From assembly GCA_036337435.1 (NCBI GenBank), contig JAYZEG010000095.1, positions 1-64,000 on the forward strand: DNA of 64,000 nucleotides, read 5' to 3'. The position numbers and the translations under genes are program-made. Source of the DNA: Myxococcota bacterium. Its GTDB lineage: Bacteria; Myxococcota_A; Bradymonadia; UBA7976; UBA1532. The notes under the pieces are model-generated. The model worked only from the letters and a program-made list of their open reading frames with translations. It searched no databases and was not told where the DNA came from. Numbering within the stretch: position 1 is the stretch's first letter; each line of letters starts with the position of its first letter. Of this stretch, positions 48,460 through 58,494 are shown piece by piece.

Positions 48460-49590
48460 TCATAGGTAGACAGAACGCAGCTCTTGGACTACGGCCGCTA
48501 ATTTGTCAACGACGATGGGAATTTCCTCCCTTCGGTTGAAGCGTCCAAGGGTCAACCGCAAATACGCTCCGTCTTCGGGTCGTCGCCCAAGAGCGTGGAG
48601 TACGGCACTAAAGCGCCCAGAACTGCATGCGCTACCGCCACTCACGAAAACGCCAGCGGAACTCAACGCATTGATGACTGGCTCCGTGGGTAGGCCGGGA
48701 ATGCAGATGTGAATATTGTTGTAGATTCGTGTTGGTCCGAAGGGGCATCCAGTCAAGGTGATGTCCGGGAGCGTCGCACTCAGTGACCGCCAGAGTTCAT
48801 CTCGGAGGGCTTCGATCTTTGCAGCATCGTGCTTTTGACGTTCATGGGCCTCGGCCAGTGCCCACGCATGCGCGAGGGATGGCGTGCCCCCTCGACGTCC
48901 AAACTCTTGCCCACCGCCCTTTGCAATGGGTTGGAGCTCATGCCGGGACCAAAGTGCGCCACATCCCTTTGGCCCATGCAGCTTGTGCGCTGCGATGGCG
49001 ACGCAATCGGCACCAAGCTGCGCTGTTTTAAATGGAATTTTTCCAAAGCCTTGGACAGCATCAACCACCAATCTGGCCCTCGGCGCACAGCTCCGGACGA
49101 CTCGGCTGATCGAGCTAATGTCATTGATGCTGCCGATCTCGTTGTTTACCATCATGGTTGCAACGATTCGTGTTTCCTCGTTTAAAGTGGCTCGCAAGGT
49201 GCTCTCGGTCACGAGTCCGTGACCGTCAACTGGTATTTCGTCAATGACCCAATTGAATTTTTCCTTTAGCCAGCGCGCTGACTCCTTGACCGCTGAATGC
49301 TCGATCTGTGAATAGGCGATTCGACCCGGTCGGTCGCCAGCACTCCCGATAATGGCCAGTGTGATCGCCTCCGTCCCCCCGCCAGTGAATGTGACCTCGC
49401 GTGCTTTCGCGCCAAATGCTTGCGCCAATTTTTGTCGAGAACTCTCGAGCTTCTTACGGGCGTCTATGCCCAATTGATGAGCTGAGCTGGTGTTGCCATA
49501 GTACGCTGTCTGGAGAGCGACCATTCCACTCAATATCTCTGGGTCAGGTGGGGTCGTTGCGCCGTTATCGAGGTATATAGAATCAAGCAT
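48460..49590 (-). CDS. iscS: Cysteine desulfurase (IscS/NifS family)
   Basis: IYLDNGATT, GGTEA, NNEIG, DAVQ, AHKLHGPKG and GSACSS; directly upstream of thiI. Confidence 0.9.
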   Translation of the reverse strand: MLDSIYLDNGATTPPDPEILSGMVALQTAYYGNTSSAHQLGIDARKKLESSRQKLAQAFGAKAREVTFTGGGTEAITLAIIGSAGDRPGRIAYSQIEHSAVKESARWLKEKFNWVIDEIPVDGHGLVTESTLRATLNEETRIVATMMVNNEIGSINDISSISRVVRSCAPRARLVVDAVQGFGKIPFKTAQLGADCVAIAAHKLHGPKGCGALWSRHELQPIAKGGGQEFGRRGGTPSLAHAWALAEAHERQKHDAAKIEALRDELWRSLSATLPDITLTGCPFGPTRIYNNIHICIPGLPTEPVINALSSAGVFVSGGSACSSGRFSAVLHALGRRPEDGAYLRLTLGRFNRREEIPIVVDKLAAVVQELRSVYL

Positions 49591-49711
49591 TGTGTACTAA
49601 AATCACCGTCATTGGTCGTTTTTCATCCAAATCGATTCTGTAATCCTACTATGTTATCGCCAGAAGGTCATCGCTTGTTGAGGCCCGTCAATCGATGGAG
49701 ACCATTTCGCC

Positions 49712-50842
49712 GTGTCATTTGGCATTTACGTCCATTATCCCTACTGCGCAAGGGTTTGTCCGTATTGTGACTTTAATGTGGTCGCCCGCCACAGCATCCC
49801 ACACCAGCGTTACGCCGATGCGATATTGACGGAGCTCGATTCGAGAGCCCTCGAATTCACCGATCGAGGTGACGTGGTGTCCATCTATTTTGGCGGTGGA
49901 ACACCCGGGTTATGGCCAGCGGATCAAATCGGACGAGTACTCGATGGCATACGCGTCCATTTCTCTCTCGCATCAGATGCTGAAATCACGATCGAGCTCA
50001 ACCCAGAAGATGCAACCGAAGACGGTTTTCGAGACCTGTCTGAAATAGGTGTGAACCGAATGAGTCTAGGTGCCCAATCATTTCAGCCGGCGTTATTGCA
50101 AAAACTGGGTCGGCAACATACTCAAGACGACATTGTAAATGCCATTCGATGGGCTCGACTCGCGTCGATCAACAACATCAGTGTTGACCTTCTTTATGGC
50201 CATATAGGCCATGGGCTGGAGAGCTCTCTGGAGGATGTCAAACGTGCCGTCGGGCTGGGAGCGAAACACATCAGCACCTACCAGCTCACCATCGAAGACA
50301 AAACGCTCTTTGGTCGGGAATTTGAGATGGGGATCAATCGTCTTGAACCTGAATCTCATCTCCTCGACATGTTTCGCTCGATTCGTCGTTTCCTCGTCGA
50401 TGCGGGTTATTCGACCTATGAAATTAGCTCTGCCGCTCGGCCGGGTTATCGGTCTCAGCATAATCTCGTCTACTGGACGGGCCGTGATTATTTGGCACTG
50501 GGTGCTGGGGCACATGGGTTCTACCGAACGGATTCTGGTGAGGGGATTCGTTGGGGCAATATTTGTTCGCCTGAGCGATACATGGATGCGGTTGAAGCCG
50601 GTCGTCCGACGGAGCAATTCAAGCAGACGTCGACTGGGCAAGACCTGCAAGAAGAACTGCTCATGATGGGATTGAGAATGGAGGAAGGGCTCTTGGTCAC
50701 CGAGCCCATGAAAGCCTATTTCGCCGACAACGCTGATCGTTGCGCGCGACTCGGACTCATCGTGATAGAAGGGGGTCGGTGGCGCGTGAGCGCGCGGGGC
50801 CAAGAAATTCTTGACGCTGTTACATTGGAGATGATCAGCTGA
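49712..50842 (+). CDS. hemW: Radical SAM heme chaperone HemW
   Basis: YVHYPYCARVCPYCDF, YFGGGTP, YEIS and HNLVYW. Confidence 0.93.
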   Translation: MSFGIYVHYPYCARVCPYCDFNVVARHSIPHQRYADAILTELDSRALEFTDRGDVVSIYFGGGTPGLWPADQIGRVLDGIRVHFSLASDAEITIELNPEDATEDGFRDLSEIGVNRMSLGAQSFQPALLQKLGRQHTQDDIVNAIRWARLASINNISVDLLYGHIGHGLESSLEDVKRAVGLGAKHISTYQLTIEDKTLFGREFEMGINRLEPESHLLDMFRSIRRFLVDAGYSTYEISSAARPGYRSQHNLVYWTGRDYLALGAGAHGFYRTDSGEGIRWGNICSPERYMDAVEAGRPTEQFKQTSTGQDLQEELLMMGLRMEEGLLVTEPMKAYFADNADRCARLGLIVIEGGRWRVSARGQEILDAVTLEMIS

Positions 50843-51130
50843 TGCCCTCCGCTGTTTATGGGGAATTCGGCACCTTTCCAGGAACGGCTGAACCATGGCG
50901 GGACCGATGGGCTTATGGATTGGTCAATGGATGGGTCTCAATCTGGTCGCCGAGACAGATTAAAAAAATCCTCGTTCGGGTTGTCATAGTCAAAACCGTG
51001 TACATTATTGCCGAGCAAGGTCAGCGCGGGCGTTTTTTTCGTTCAGAAGCCATCGGATCGGTGACTATCGGTTGACCGCAGCGTCGATTTGTAGAAGAGA
51101 AGTACAAAACAACGACAGCAGAGAACGACT

Positions 51131-51790
51131 ATGTCAGAGAACGAAGTATCAAATGTCGAGGATGAGGTGTCCACTGAGGAGGCCAATGAAGACGCCGATG
51201 CAGCCGTAGACGCGACTGCAGCCGATGAGATTAATCTAAACGAAGTGACGACCGATGATCCGAAAACCGAACGGATCAACGAACTCGAACTGGCTGTCGA
51301 AGACTGGCGGACTCGTGCCTATCGGTCTGCAGCCGACTTAGAGAATCTTCGCAAACGCTTCAACAGAGAGCGCGATGAACTCAAAAAATTCGGCGTTGAA
51401 GGCTTACTTAAGGACATTTTAGGTGCCATCGACAATCTTGAACGAGCGCTTGGACATGCCGAGCCAGACAACAGCCTCGCCGAGGGCGTTCAGATGGTTC
51501 TGCGTCAGTTTGTCCAAATGGCAGCCAAATATGGCGCCGAGCCATTTGAAGCGGCTGGACAGCCATTCGACCCACAAATTCACGAAGCGATGACCCAGAT
51601 CCCCACCAACGAAGCGGAGCCTGGAACGGTGATGGATGTTTTCCAACGAGGGTGGACGTTGCATGGGCGATTGGTCCGACCTGCAATGGTTACCGTCGCA
51701 GCCGCAATGCCGCAATCAGCCGTTCAAGAATCGGACGCTGCTGGAAATCCTGAGCAAGAAGCGTCGAATGATGTAGACGCGGAGGGCTAG
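51131..51790 (+). CDS. grpE: Nucleotide exchange factor GrpE
   Basis: ADLENLRKR, DNLERAL, FDPQIHEAM and GRLVRPAMV. Confidence 0.97.
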   Translation: MSENEVSNVEDEVSTEEANEDADAAVDATAADEINLNEVTTDDPKTERINELELAVEDWRTRAYRSAADLENLRKRFNRERDELKKFGVEGLLKDILGAIDNLERALGHAEPDNSLAEGVQMVLRQFVQMAAKYGAEPFEAAGQPFDPQIHEAMTQIPTNEAEPGTVMDVFQRGWTLHGRLVRPAMVTVAAAMPQSAVQESDAAGNPEQEASNDVDAEG

Positions 51791-51891
51791 GCTGGAGACA
51801 ATAGGAACAGTAACGTCTAACATACGGGCTCTGTCGTCGTTTGAATACGTTCAGAATGCCCTTAGAACGGCGCTTTGGGGGACAATAGGCA

Positions 51892-53733
51892 ATGATCATT
51901 GGTATCGATTTAGGCACAACCAACTCCTGCGTATCATACATCGAGGGGGGGGATCCGGTTGTTATTCCGAATGCGGAAGGCAGTAGAACGACGCCCTCTA
52001 TGGTTGCGATCACTGAAAGTGGCGAACGTCTCGTAGGACAGATCGCGAAGCGCCAAGCCATCACGAATCCCGAACACACAGTCTTTGCGTCCAAACGCTT
52101 GATCGGCCGTAAGGTAGAGAGTCCGGAACTCGCCGACCAAATCGACCGTTTCCCCTATGAAATCGTCAAGGCAGACAACGGCGATGCGTGGGTCAAATTG
52201 CGAGACCAGGGGTATAGCCCCGCAGAGATCGCGAGTTTCATACTCACCAAAATGAAGCAAACGGCAGAAGACTATCTTGGGCAAGAGGTGACTGAGGCGG
52301 TCGTGACCGTCCCAGCATACTTCAATGATGCACAGCGGCAGGCCACCAAAGATGCCGGTAAAATCGCCGGCTTAGAGGTGAGACGGATCATCAACGAGCC
52401 GACTGCGGCCGCTCTCGCCTATGGACTCGAGCGTGAGGCGGGTCAGCGAGTGGCTGTCTACGACCTCGGCGGGGGCACCTTCGATATCTCTGTACTCGAA
52501 TTATCCGATGGTGTCTTTGAGGTCTGTTCGACCAGTGGTGACACCTATTTGGGCGGTGAAGACTTCGACTTTCGCCTGGTAGAGTACTTGCTCGAGGAGT
52601 TCGAGAAATCCGATGGCATTGATCTCAAAGGCGACAAAATGGCGTTGCAGCGTCTGAAGGAAGCCGCCGAAAAGGCAAAGCATGAGCTGAGTTCAGCACT
52701 TGAGACGGATGTGAATTTACCATTTATCACTGCAGACGCCAGTGGACCCAAACATCTCAACTTAAAAATTACTCGGACTCGGTTTGAATCGATGGTAAGC
52801 GATCTGATCGAGCGAACCTTGGAACCATGCCGGATCGCGTTGGAAGATGCATCTGTTACCAACGACGAAATTGACACGGTTCTTCTCGTTGGCGGAATGA
52901 CTCGGATGCCGCTCATTCAGCAACGGGTTGGAGAATTCTTTGGCAAGACGCCGAGTAAGGGCTTAAATCCAGACGAGGTTGTCGCGGTCGGTGCCGCCAT
53001 CCAAGGCGGCGTCCTGACCGGTGAGGTTGAGGACGTCATTCTCCTTGATGTTACGCCACTGTCTCTGGGTGTTGAAACACAGGGCGGCGTTTTTACGCGC
53101 ATCATAGAGAAGAACACAACAATTCCGTATAGCCGAGCTCAAGTCTTTAGCACGGCAGTCGATAATCAGCCCATGGTATCGGTCCACGTACTTCAAGGTG
53201 AACGTGAACTGGCAAAAGACAATCGGTCCTTAGCCCGATTTGACTTGGTGGGTTTGCCACCGGCACCCCGTGGTGTGCCCCAGATCGAAGTATCTTTCGA
53301 GATTGATGCTGATGGCATCTTGCATGTCAATGCAAAGGACCTTGGAACGGGTCGGGGCCAGCAGGTTGAAGTTCGTCCATCCAGTGGGCTCTCCGAAAAC
53401 GAGATCGATCGGATGGTCACCGAGGCTGAGAGGCATAGGGAAGTTGATGAAGAACGCCGAATGCTCATCGAGTTGCGAAATTCAGCTGAGGGCTTAGTCC
53501 TCACCACCGAACGTTCTCTGCATGAGTACGGAGACCTGTTGACCCCGCTGGATATTGAAGACATTCGCACTGATATCCAGACACTGAACGACACACTCGA
53601 CACCGTTGACCCTGAGGAGTTGCGCCTCGCGATTCAAAATCTCGAGCAGTCTGCTTATCGGATCGCGGACGCCATGTACGATGATGCAACCGGCGATGAA
53701 CCGGATGAGGATGAGGTTGACCCGGAGGAATAA
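51892..53733 (+). CDS. dnaK: Chaperone DnaK (Hsp70)
   Basis: [38 protein letters not shown] and GVPQIEV. Confidence 0.98.
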   Translation: MIIGIDLGTTNSCVSYIEGGDPVVIPNAEGSRTTPSMVAITESGERLVGQIAKRQAITNPEHTVFASKRLIGRKVESPELADQIDRFPYEIVKADNGDAWVKLRDQGYSPAEIASFILTKMKQTAEDYLGQEVTEAVVTVPAYFNDAQRQATKDAGKIAGLEVRRIINEPTAAALAYGLEREAGQRVAVYDLGGGTFDISVLELSDGVFEVCSTSGDTYLGGEDFDFRLVEYLLEEFEKSDGIDLKGDKMALQRLKEAAEKAKHELSSALETDVNLPFITADASGPKHLNLKITRTRFESMVSDLIERTLEPCRIALEDASVTNDEIDTVLLVGGMTRMPLIQQRVGEFFGKTPSKGLNPDEVVAVGAAIQGGVLTGEVEDVILLDVTPLSLGVETQGGVFTRIIEKNTTIPYSRAQVFSTAVDNQPMVSVHVLQGERELAKDNRSLARFDLVGLPPAPRGVPQIEVSFEIDADGILHVNAKDLGTGRGQQVEVRPSSGLSENEIDRMVTEAERHREVDEERRMLIELRNSAEGLVLTTERSLHEYGDLLTPLDIEDIRTDIQTLNDTLDTVDPEELRLAIQNLEQSAYRIADAMYDDATGDEPDEDEVDPEE

Positions 53734-53808
53734 GTGGCGCGTGCGCCGATGTTGAGCGCGTGTTGGACGGCACACTGGCCCGTCCGCTGATATGATGTGA
53801 GCTAGACC

Positions 53809-54927
53809 GTGTCCACCAAAAGAGATTATTACGAGATCCTCTCCGTTCCACGTGATATCGATGCTGCGGGTCTAAAGCAGGCCTTTCGTAAGCTGGCCCT
53901 CAAATACCATCCAGACCGCAATTCGGACCCAGATGCAGATCGTCTCTTCAAGGAAGTCAATGAGGCGTATGCCGTTCTCTCTGATACCGAACGGCGAGCC
54001 AATTACGATCGATTTGGGCATGCGGCCGAAAATGGAATGGGCGACCCATTTTCTGGTGGTTTTCGCCAGGATGATTTTCGGGATATTTTCGGAGGTGATG
54101 TCTTCGAGCAGCTCTTTGGGCAATTCTTTCGGCGTAGTGGGACTCAACACGGGCGCGATCTGCAAATCACCCTTGGCATTTCACTCGAGACGGTGGCCTT
54201 TGGCGATGATTATCAGCTGTCCTATCGACGAAATGCACCCTGTGAGACCTGCAATGGGTCTGGATGTCGTCCTGGAACACAACCCGTTCGCTGTGAAACC
54301 TGTAACGGGATGGGTCAGGTTCGCGTTTCACGTGGTTTTTTCGCATTAGCCCAATCGTGCCAAGCATGTTCGGGGACAGGCTTGACGATTCCGAATCCAT
54401 GTCCGGCATGTTCGGGTCAAGGCGTGGCATCGCAAGAAGTGACTATTGAAGTCCCGGTGCCCAGCGGTATCTCGACCGGTCAAAAATTAAGACTCGATGG
54501 TGAGGGCCATCACGGCATGCAAGGCGGTGAACCCGGAGACCTTTACGTCCTCATCAACGTAGAAGACCATCCATTTTTTCATCGTGATGGTGACAATTTG
54601 ATTTGTGAGGTGCCCATTTCATTTGCCCAAGCGGCATTGGGAACCACAATCGATGTTCCAACCCTAAAAGGACGCGCTAAGGTAAAGGTGCCGGCGGGGA
54701 CGCAGTCAGGTAAAGCGCTTCGTTTGAGGGGAAAGGGCTTGCCCAACATTGGTCGGGCGGGTTTTGGCGACCAGCACATTCGACTCCAAGTTGAAACACC
54801 CACAAAATTGAATCATGAGCAGCGCGCCTATCTTGACCAATTTGAGTCAATTTTTGGTACGGCCACGGGCAGTGCTGAACCCAGGCGCAGTTCATTTTTG
54901 CAAAAGTTGAAAGAGTTCTTTGATTGA
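53809..54927 (+). CDS. dnaJ: Chaperone DnaJ
   Basis: J-domain with HPD, G/F region, four CxxCxGxG repeats and a C-terminal domain. Confidence 0.97.
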   Translation: MSTKRDYYEILSVPRDIDAAGLKQAFRKLALKYHPDRNSDPDADRLFKEVNEAYAVLSDTERRANYDRFGHAAENGMGDPFSGGFRQDDFRDIFGGDVFEQLFGQFFRRSGTQHGRDLQITLGISLETVAFGDDYQLSYRRNAPCETCNGSGCRPGTQPVRCETCNGMGQVRVSRGFFALAQSCQACSGTGLTIPNPCPACSGQGVASQEVTIEVPVPSGISTGQKLRLDGEGHHGMQGGEPGDLYVLINVEDHPFFHRDGDNLICEVPISFAQAALGTTIDVPTLKGRAKVKVPAGTQSGKALRLRGKGLPNIGRAGFGDQHIRLQVETPTKLNHEQRAYLDQFESIFGTATGSAEPRRSSFLQKLKEFFD

Positions 54928-55727
54928 GTCGTTTGATTTTACCCCAGGCCGTTAGGGGGTTTATTGCTTGCGTGGGTGGGCGAGGGTTTGATGAAAAAAA
55001 AAACGTGGCCGATCCCGTTCTTCGTTGTTTTCAAGCCGCTTATCCTGATGCGCTGACATACTTCGCGGCGACACGCGTCGATGGAGACCAGACTGAAGAG
55101 CCAAGTCTGGTCATTGATGATGGGCTTGTGAAGTCCAGGGAACAGCTTTTTGAGACGCCAGATTTACAAGACACCTTGCATTGGGCATACCCGATTAAAA
55201 AAAGCATTGCACCGCCTCCGGATGGGGCCGATCCTGGACGCATTCGCCATATGGGTTTACTGAAATTTTTGTATGGTGCCGACAGGAAGGCCGTTCGTAA
55301 ACATCTCGTCGACGTGCGGTGGCTGCCCGGCTTGTCTCAGCGGGTCATCAAATTTAACGGACGCCATGGGGCGGCTGCTGCCCTGCAGAGCGTCAGTGAC
55401 GAACTTGCACAGTTACCGCGCAAATTCCATAAGTACATATTGAAAACCAACGGCACATTTAACTGGAGATATATCAAGGGAACCACGCGTCTGAGTGCCC
55501 ATGCCTTTGCAATCGCTATCGATCTCGATATCCGTCATACGGATTATTGGCGTTGGGCCAGGGACAAGCAGGGGCGATTTAAGTTTAGGAATCGGATCCC
55601 AATTGAAATCGTCGAGGTTTTCGAAAAAAACGGTTTCATATGGGGCGGACGCTGGTGGCATTTCGATACGATGCATTTTGAGTATCGTCCCGAATTTTTC
55701 GAATCTGAATGCATGGCAAAGCGTTGA
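54924..55727 (+). CDS. M15 family peptidoglycan metallopeptidase
   Basis: FNWR, SAHAFAIAID, GFIWGGRW and DTMHFEYRPE. Start is uncertain. Confidence 0.88.
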   Translation: MSRLILPQAVRGFIACVGGRGFDEKKNVADPVLRCFQAAYPDALTYFAATRVDGDQTEEPSLVIDDGLVKSREQLFETPDLQDTLHWAYPIKKSIAPPPDGADPGRIRHMGLLKFLYGADRKAVRKHLVDVRWLPGLSQRVIKFNGRHGAAAALQSVSDELAQLPRKFHKYILKTNGTFNWRYIKGTTRLSAHAFAIAIDLDIRHTDYWRWARDKQGRFKFRNRIPIEIVEVFEKNGFIWGGRWWHFDTMHFEYRPEFFESECMAKR

Positions 55728-55728
55728 C

Positions 55729-57153
55729 CTAGGAAGGTGACTTCGCCGCGCCATTTGCGTCTCCGCTCAGTCCGGTCATGTTCCAACGATTGAGATAATA
55801 CAAAAGAATCATACCGGGACCAGCGACCAGCGTTGTCGCTCCGAAATAAAATGCCCATCCAATGGCTGTTGGAGTGCCGATGGACTCGAGTGGTAACGCT
55901 GCGGCCAGCGCTTTGAAGTATTCGACCGCGTGACCCGCAAATGCCGCTAAACCAACCTTAACGAGACCTGAAGCGGACATCAGCATAGCGTAGTGCGTGG
56001 CTCCGTAGGACCTCGAACACAGCGCACTGAGATAGGCAACGAAGGCAGCAGCGGCGATACCAACCGTAAATTTTTCAAGGAAGATTGTCACGATCAGGGC
56101 CCATATATTATCGCCGATCAGTGCTTGAGCGGAGAACGCCAGATTGAGAAACATTTGCCCCAATCCACCAAGCCATAGCGCCCGAATAACGCCTAGGCTC
56201 TTGACCATAGAGCCACCGACAAAAATGCCCGCAATGGTCGCTGCGATCCCAAAACTTTTGACGACATTCGCGATCTCAAGTTTGCTAAACCCAATCTCGC
56301 GCATGAACGGATTTGTCATGGTGCTCAGTAGGGCTTCGCCGAGTGTAAAAAGCATAATAAATGTGATGAAAAGAAATGAGCCATGGCGACGGAGCATTTC
56401 AACGTAGGGTAGAATTGCGCCTTCGACGAAGCTGCGCCACAGAAAACCTGGAATGGCCTCGTCTGCTCTCTTTCGCAGGTGTTCACCGGACCCTTCAGGC
56501 TCTTCGGCGTATAAACTAGCCGCGAGGCTTGGCAGTAGAAATACACCCATAACAAGATAAGCGGCATTCCAACCAAATGGACTCGTATAGTCCGCTGCTT
56601 GAGTACAAAAGCCGCCAACGGAGCCGAAATAATGCGCAAAGTAGAGCGCACCAGCCCCTGAGACGATCATCCCCATTCGATAACCAAGGACGGCCACAGC
56701 TGAGCCTGCACCCTGTTCATTTGGGTCTAAGAGTTCGACACGATAGCCATCTACGATGATGTCGTGGGTCGCTGAGACGACGGCGAGAGCGGTGGCCCAA
56801 GCGATGCATTGCCATAAGTCATTTTGGGGGTCTGTCATGCCCAGAGCGAGGATGGTTCCGAGCAAGGCCAATTGTGTGAGAATGAGCCAGCCCCGACGAA
56901 GACCAAAGACGGGTATGGGTAACCGGTCGACAAGCGGTGCCCAGAGAAATTTGAGCTTGTAGGGTAATAGAACTGTTGATGCAACGCCTATGGTTTTCAG
57001 GCTAATACCCAGCTCGAGCATCCACAGTGATAGTGTGGAGAAGACAAGCATAATCGGTAGACCGCTGGAGAAGCCCAAACCCAGTAGGATGAGCATACGG
57101 CGATCCTTGTAGACGGCTAGGGACCTCTGCATGTATTGGATAAGTGGGGTCAC
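55729..57153 (-). CDS. ampG: AmpG-family muropeptide MFS transporter
   Basis: LGFSSGLP, KFLWAPLVD, GLRRGW, SATHDIIVDGYR and GYRMG. Confidence 0.93.
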   Translation of the reverse strand: MTPLIQYMQRSLAVYKDRRMLILLGLGFSSGLPIMLVFSTLSLWMLELGISLKTIGVASTVLLPYKLKFLWAPLVDRLPIPVFGLRRGWLILTQLALLGTILALGMTDPQNDLWQCIAWATALAVVSATHDIIVDGYRVELLDPNEQGAGSAVAVLGYRMGMIVSGAGALYFAHYFGSVGGFCTQAADYTSPFGWNAAYLVMGVFLLPSLAASLYAEEPEGSGEHLRKRADEAIPGFLWRSFVEGAILPYVEMLRRHGSFLFITFIMLFTLGEALLSTMTNPFMREIGFSKLEIANVVKSFGIAATIAGIFVGGSMVKSLGVIRALWLGGLGQMFLNLAFSAQALIGDNIWALIVTIFLEKFTVGIAAAAFVAYLSALCSRSYGATHYAMLMSASGLVKVGLAAFAGHAVEYFKALAAALPLESIGTPTAIGWAFYFGATTLVAGPGMILLYYLNRWNMTGLSGDANGAAKSPS

Positions 57154-57323
57154 ATTTTTCTCTTACACTATGCGACTTAAACCTACACATTAATGGGGGC
57201 TTGCGACACTGAAATCGAAACTATTTTAGGGACTGCTGTACCTGGCGGTCGGTCGAAGAAGGAGGGAAACAAAGGCGTGCGGGCCGTCTCGCAATCCTCA
57301 AATTTGAGTGGTTTAGGGTGGGT

Positions 57324-58304
57324 TTAAAGCGGTGTTTCCACCATGTTAACCACATCACGAATAATCCGCTCACTTTCATCGGTGCTGCCCAGGGCACCTG
57401 TGACCTGATTGCATTTGATCCGGTGTGCCAGAGTTGGGACTGCGAGTTGTTTGACATCATCAGGAATCACATAATCACGCCCTTGAACCAAAGCATACGC
57501 TCTGGCCGCTCGTTGAAATGCCACGGCAGCGCGGGTGCTGATGCCAAGTCGTAATTCGGGATGATGCCGAGTCGCGGTTACGAGCTTGACGATATAATGG
57601 CGCAGCGGGTCGCTCACCTTGACTTGGTCAACCAACTGGCAAGCGCTCAATACGAAAGTGTCATCGGACACGGGGCGCAAGTCTGTAATTTGGTCAGCCT
57701 GGCCGTCAGATTTGAGAATGGCGTATTCGGTTTCCGGGTCTGGGTACCCCACTTTCAATCGAAACATGAAGCGGTCCAACTGGCTCTCAGGCAGTGGGTA
57801 GGTTCCTTGAAAATCAGTCGGATTTTGAGTTGCAATCACCGTAAAGGGATTCGGCAACTCATGGGTTTCCCGATAAACCGAGACCGTTTTCTCGTTCATC
57901 GCTTCGAGTAAGCTTGACTGAGTTTTCGGTGTCGTCCGATTGATCTCATCGGCGAGAACGAGTTGCGCAAAAATTGGGCCTTGCTCAAAGGAGAAGGCCT
58001 CCGATGAACGGCGGTATACTTGCACGCCAACAATGTCGCTGGGTAGCAGGTCACTGGTAAATTGAATCCGGCTGAAACTCAGATTGAGAACCCGGGCTAA
58101 TGTTTTTGCCAACGTGGTTTTTCCCACCCCCGGTACGTCTTCGAGCAGTACATGCCCGCCAGCGAAGATAGCCGTCAGAATTTTTTTGATAACCGAGTCT
58201 TTTCCCTGAATGACTTGGCTAACCTGTGCCGAAATTTGTGTGATGTTAGCCTGGACTTCGGCGAATTTTTCGTGAGTTGGGTCTTTTTCTAGGTCGGATT
58301 TCAT
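57324..58304 (-). CDS. moxR: MoxR-family AAA+ ATPase
   Basis: HVLLEDVPGVGKT, RIQFTSDLLPSD, ADEINR, ATQNP and LPESQLDRF. Confidence 0.95.
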   Translation of the reverse strand: MKSDLEKDPTHEKFAEVQANITQISAQVSQVIQGKDSVIKKILTAIFAGGHVLLEDVPGVGKTTLAKTLARVLNLSFSRIQFTSDLLPSDIVGVQVYRRSSEAFSFEQGPIFAQLVLADEINRTTPKTQSSLLEAMNEKTVSVYRETHELPNPFTVIATQNPTDFQGTYPLPESQLDRFMFRLKVGYPDPETEYAILKSDGQADQITDLRPVSDDTFVLSACQLVDQVKVSDPLRHYIVKLVTATRHHPELRLGISTRAAVAFQRAARAYALVQGRDYVIPDDVKQLAVPTLAHRIKCNQVTGALGSTDESERIIRDVVNMVETPL

Positions 58305-58494
58305 ATCAATTTTCCGAGTGATATTGAGTCAAACGTTGTTTCGTTTGTAACCAAGTTTAAGCGTCTTTCGTCTGACCGATACAAACCAGAATGGCCGCGC
58401 CCCTACAAATAAAAATGACTAGGGGGCTTGATCCCGTGGCATTTAGTGTTAAGTCTTCAGGCGCGAAAAGCCAGCAATTTGATTGGAGCGACAA

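Noticed and set aside
50842..51075. 77-aa ORF as an hrcA remnant
   Set aside because: No recognisable HrcA winged-helix motif; it more likely overlaps the grpE promoter region.
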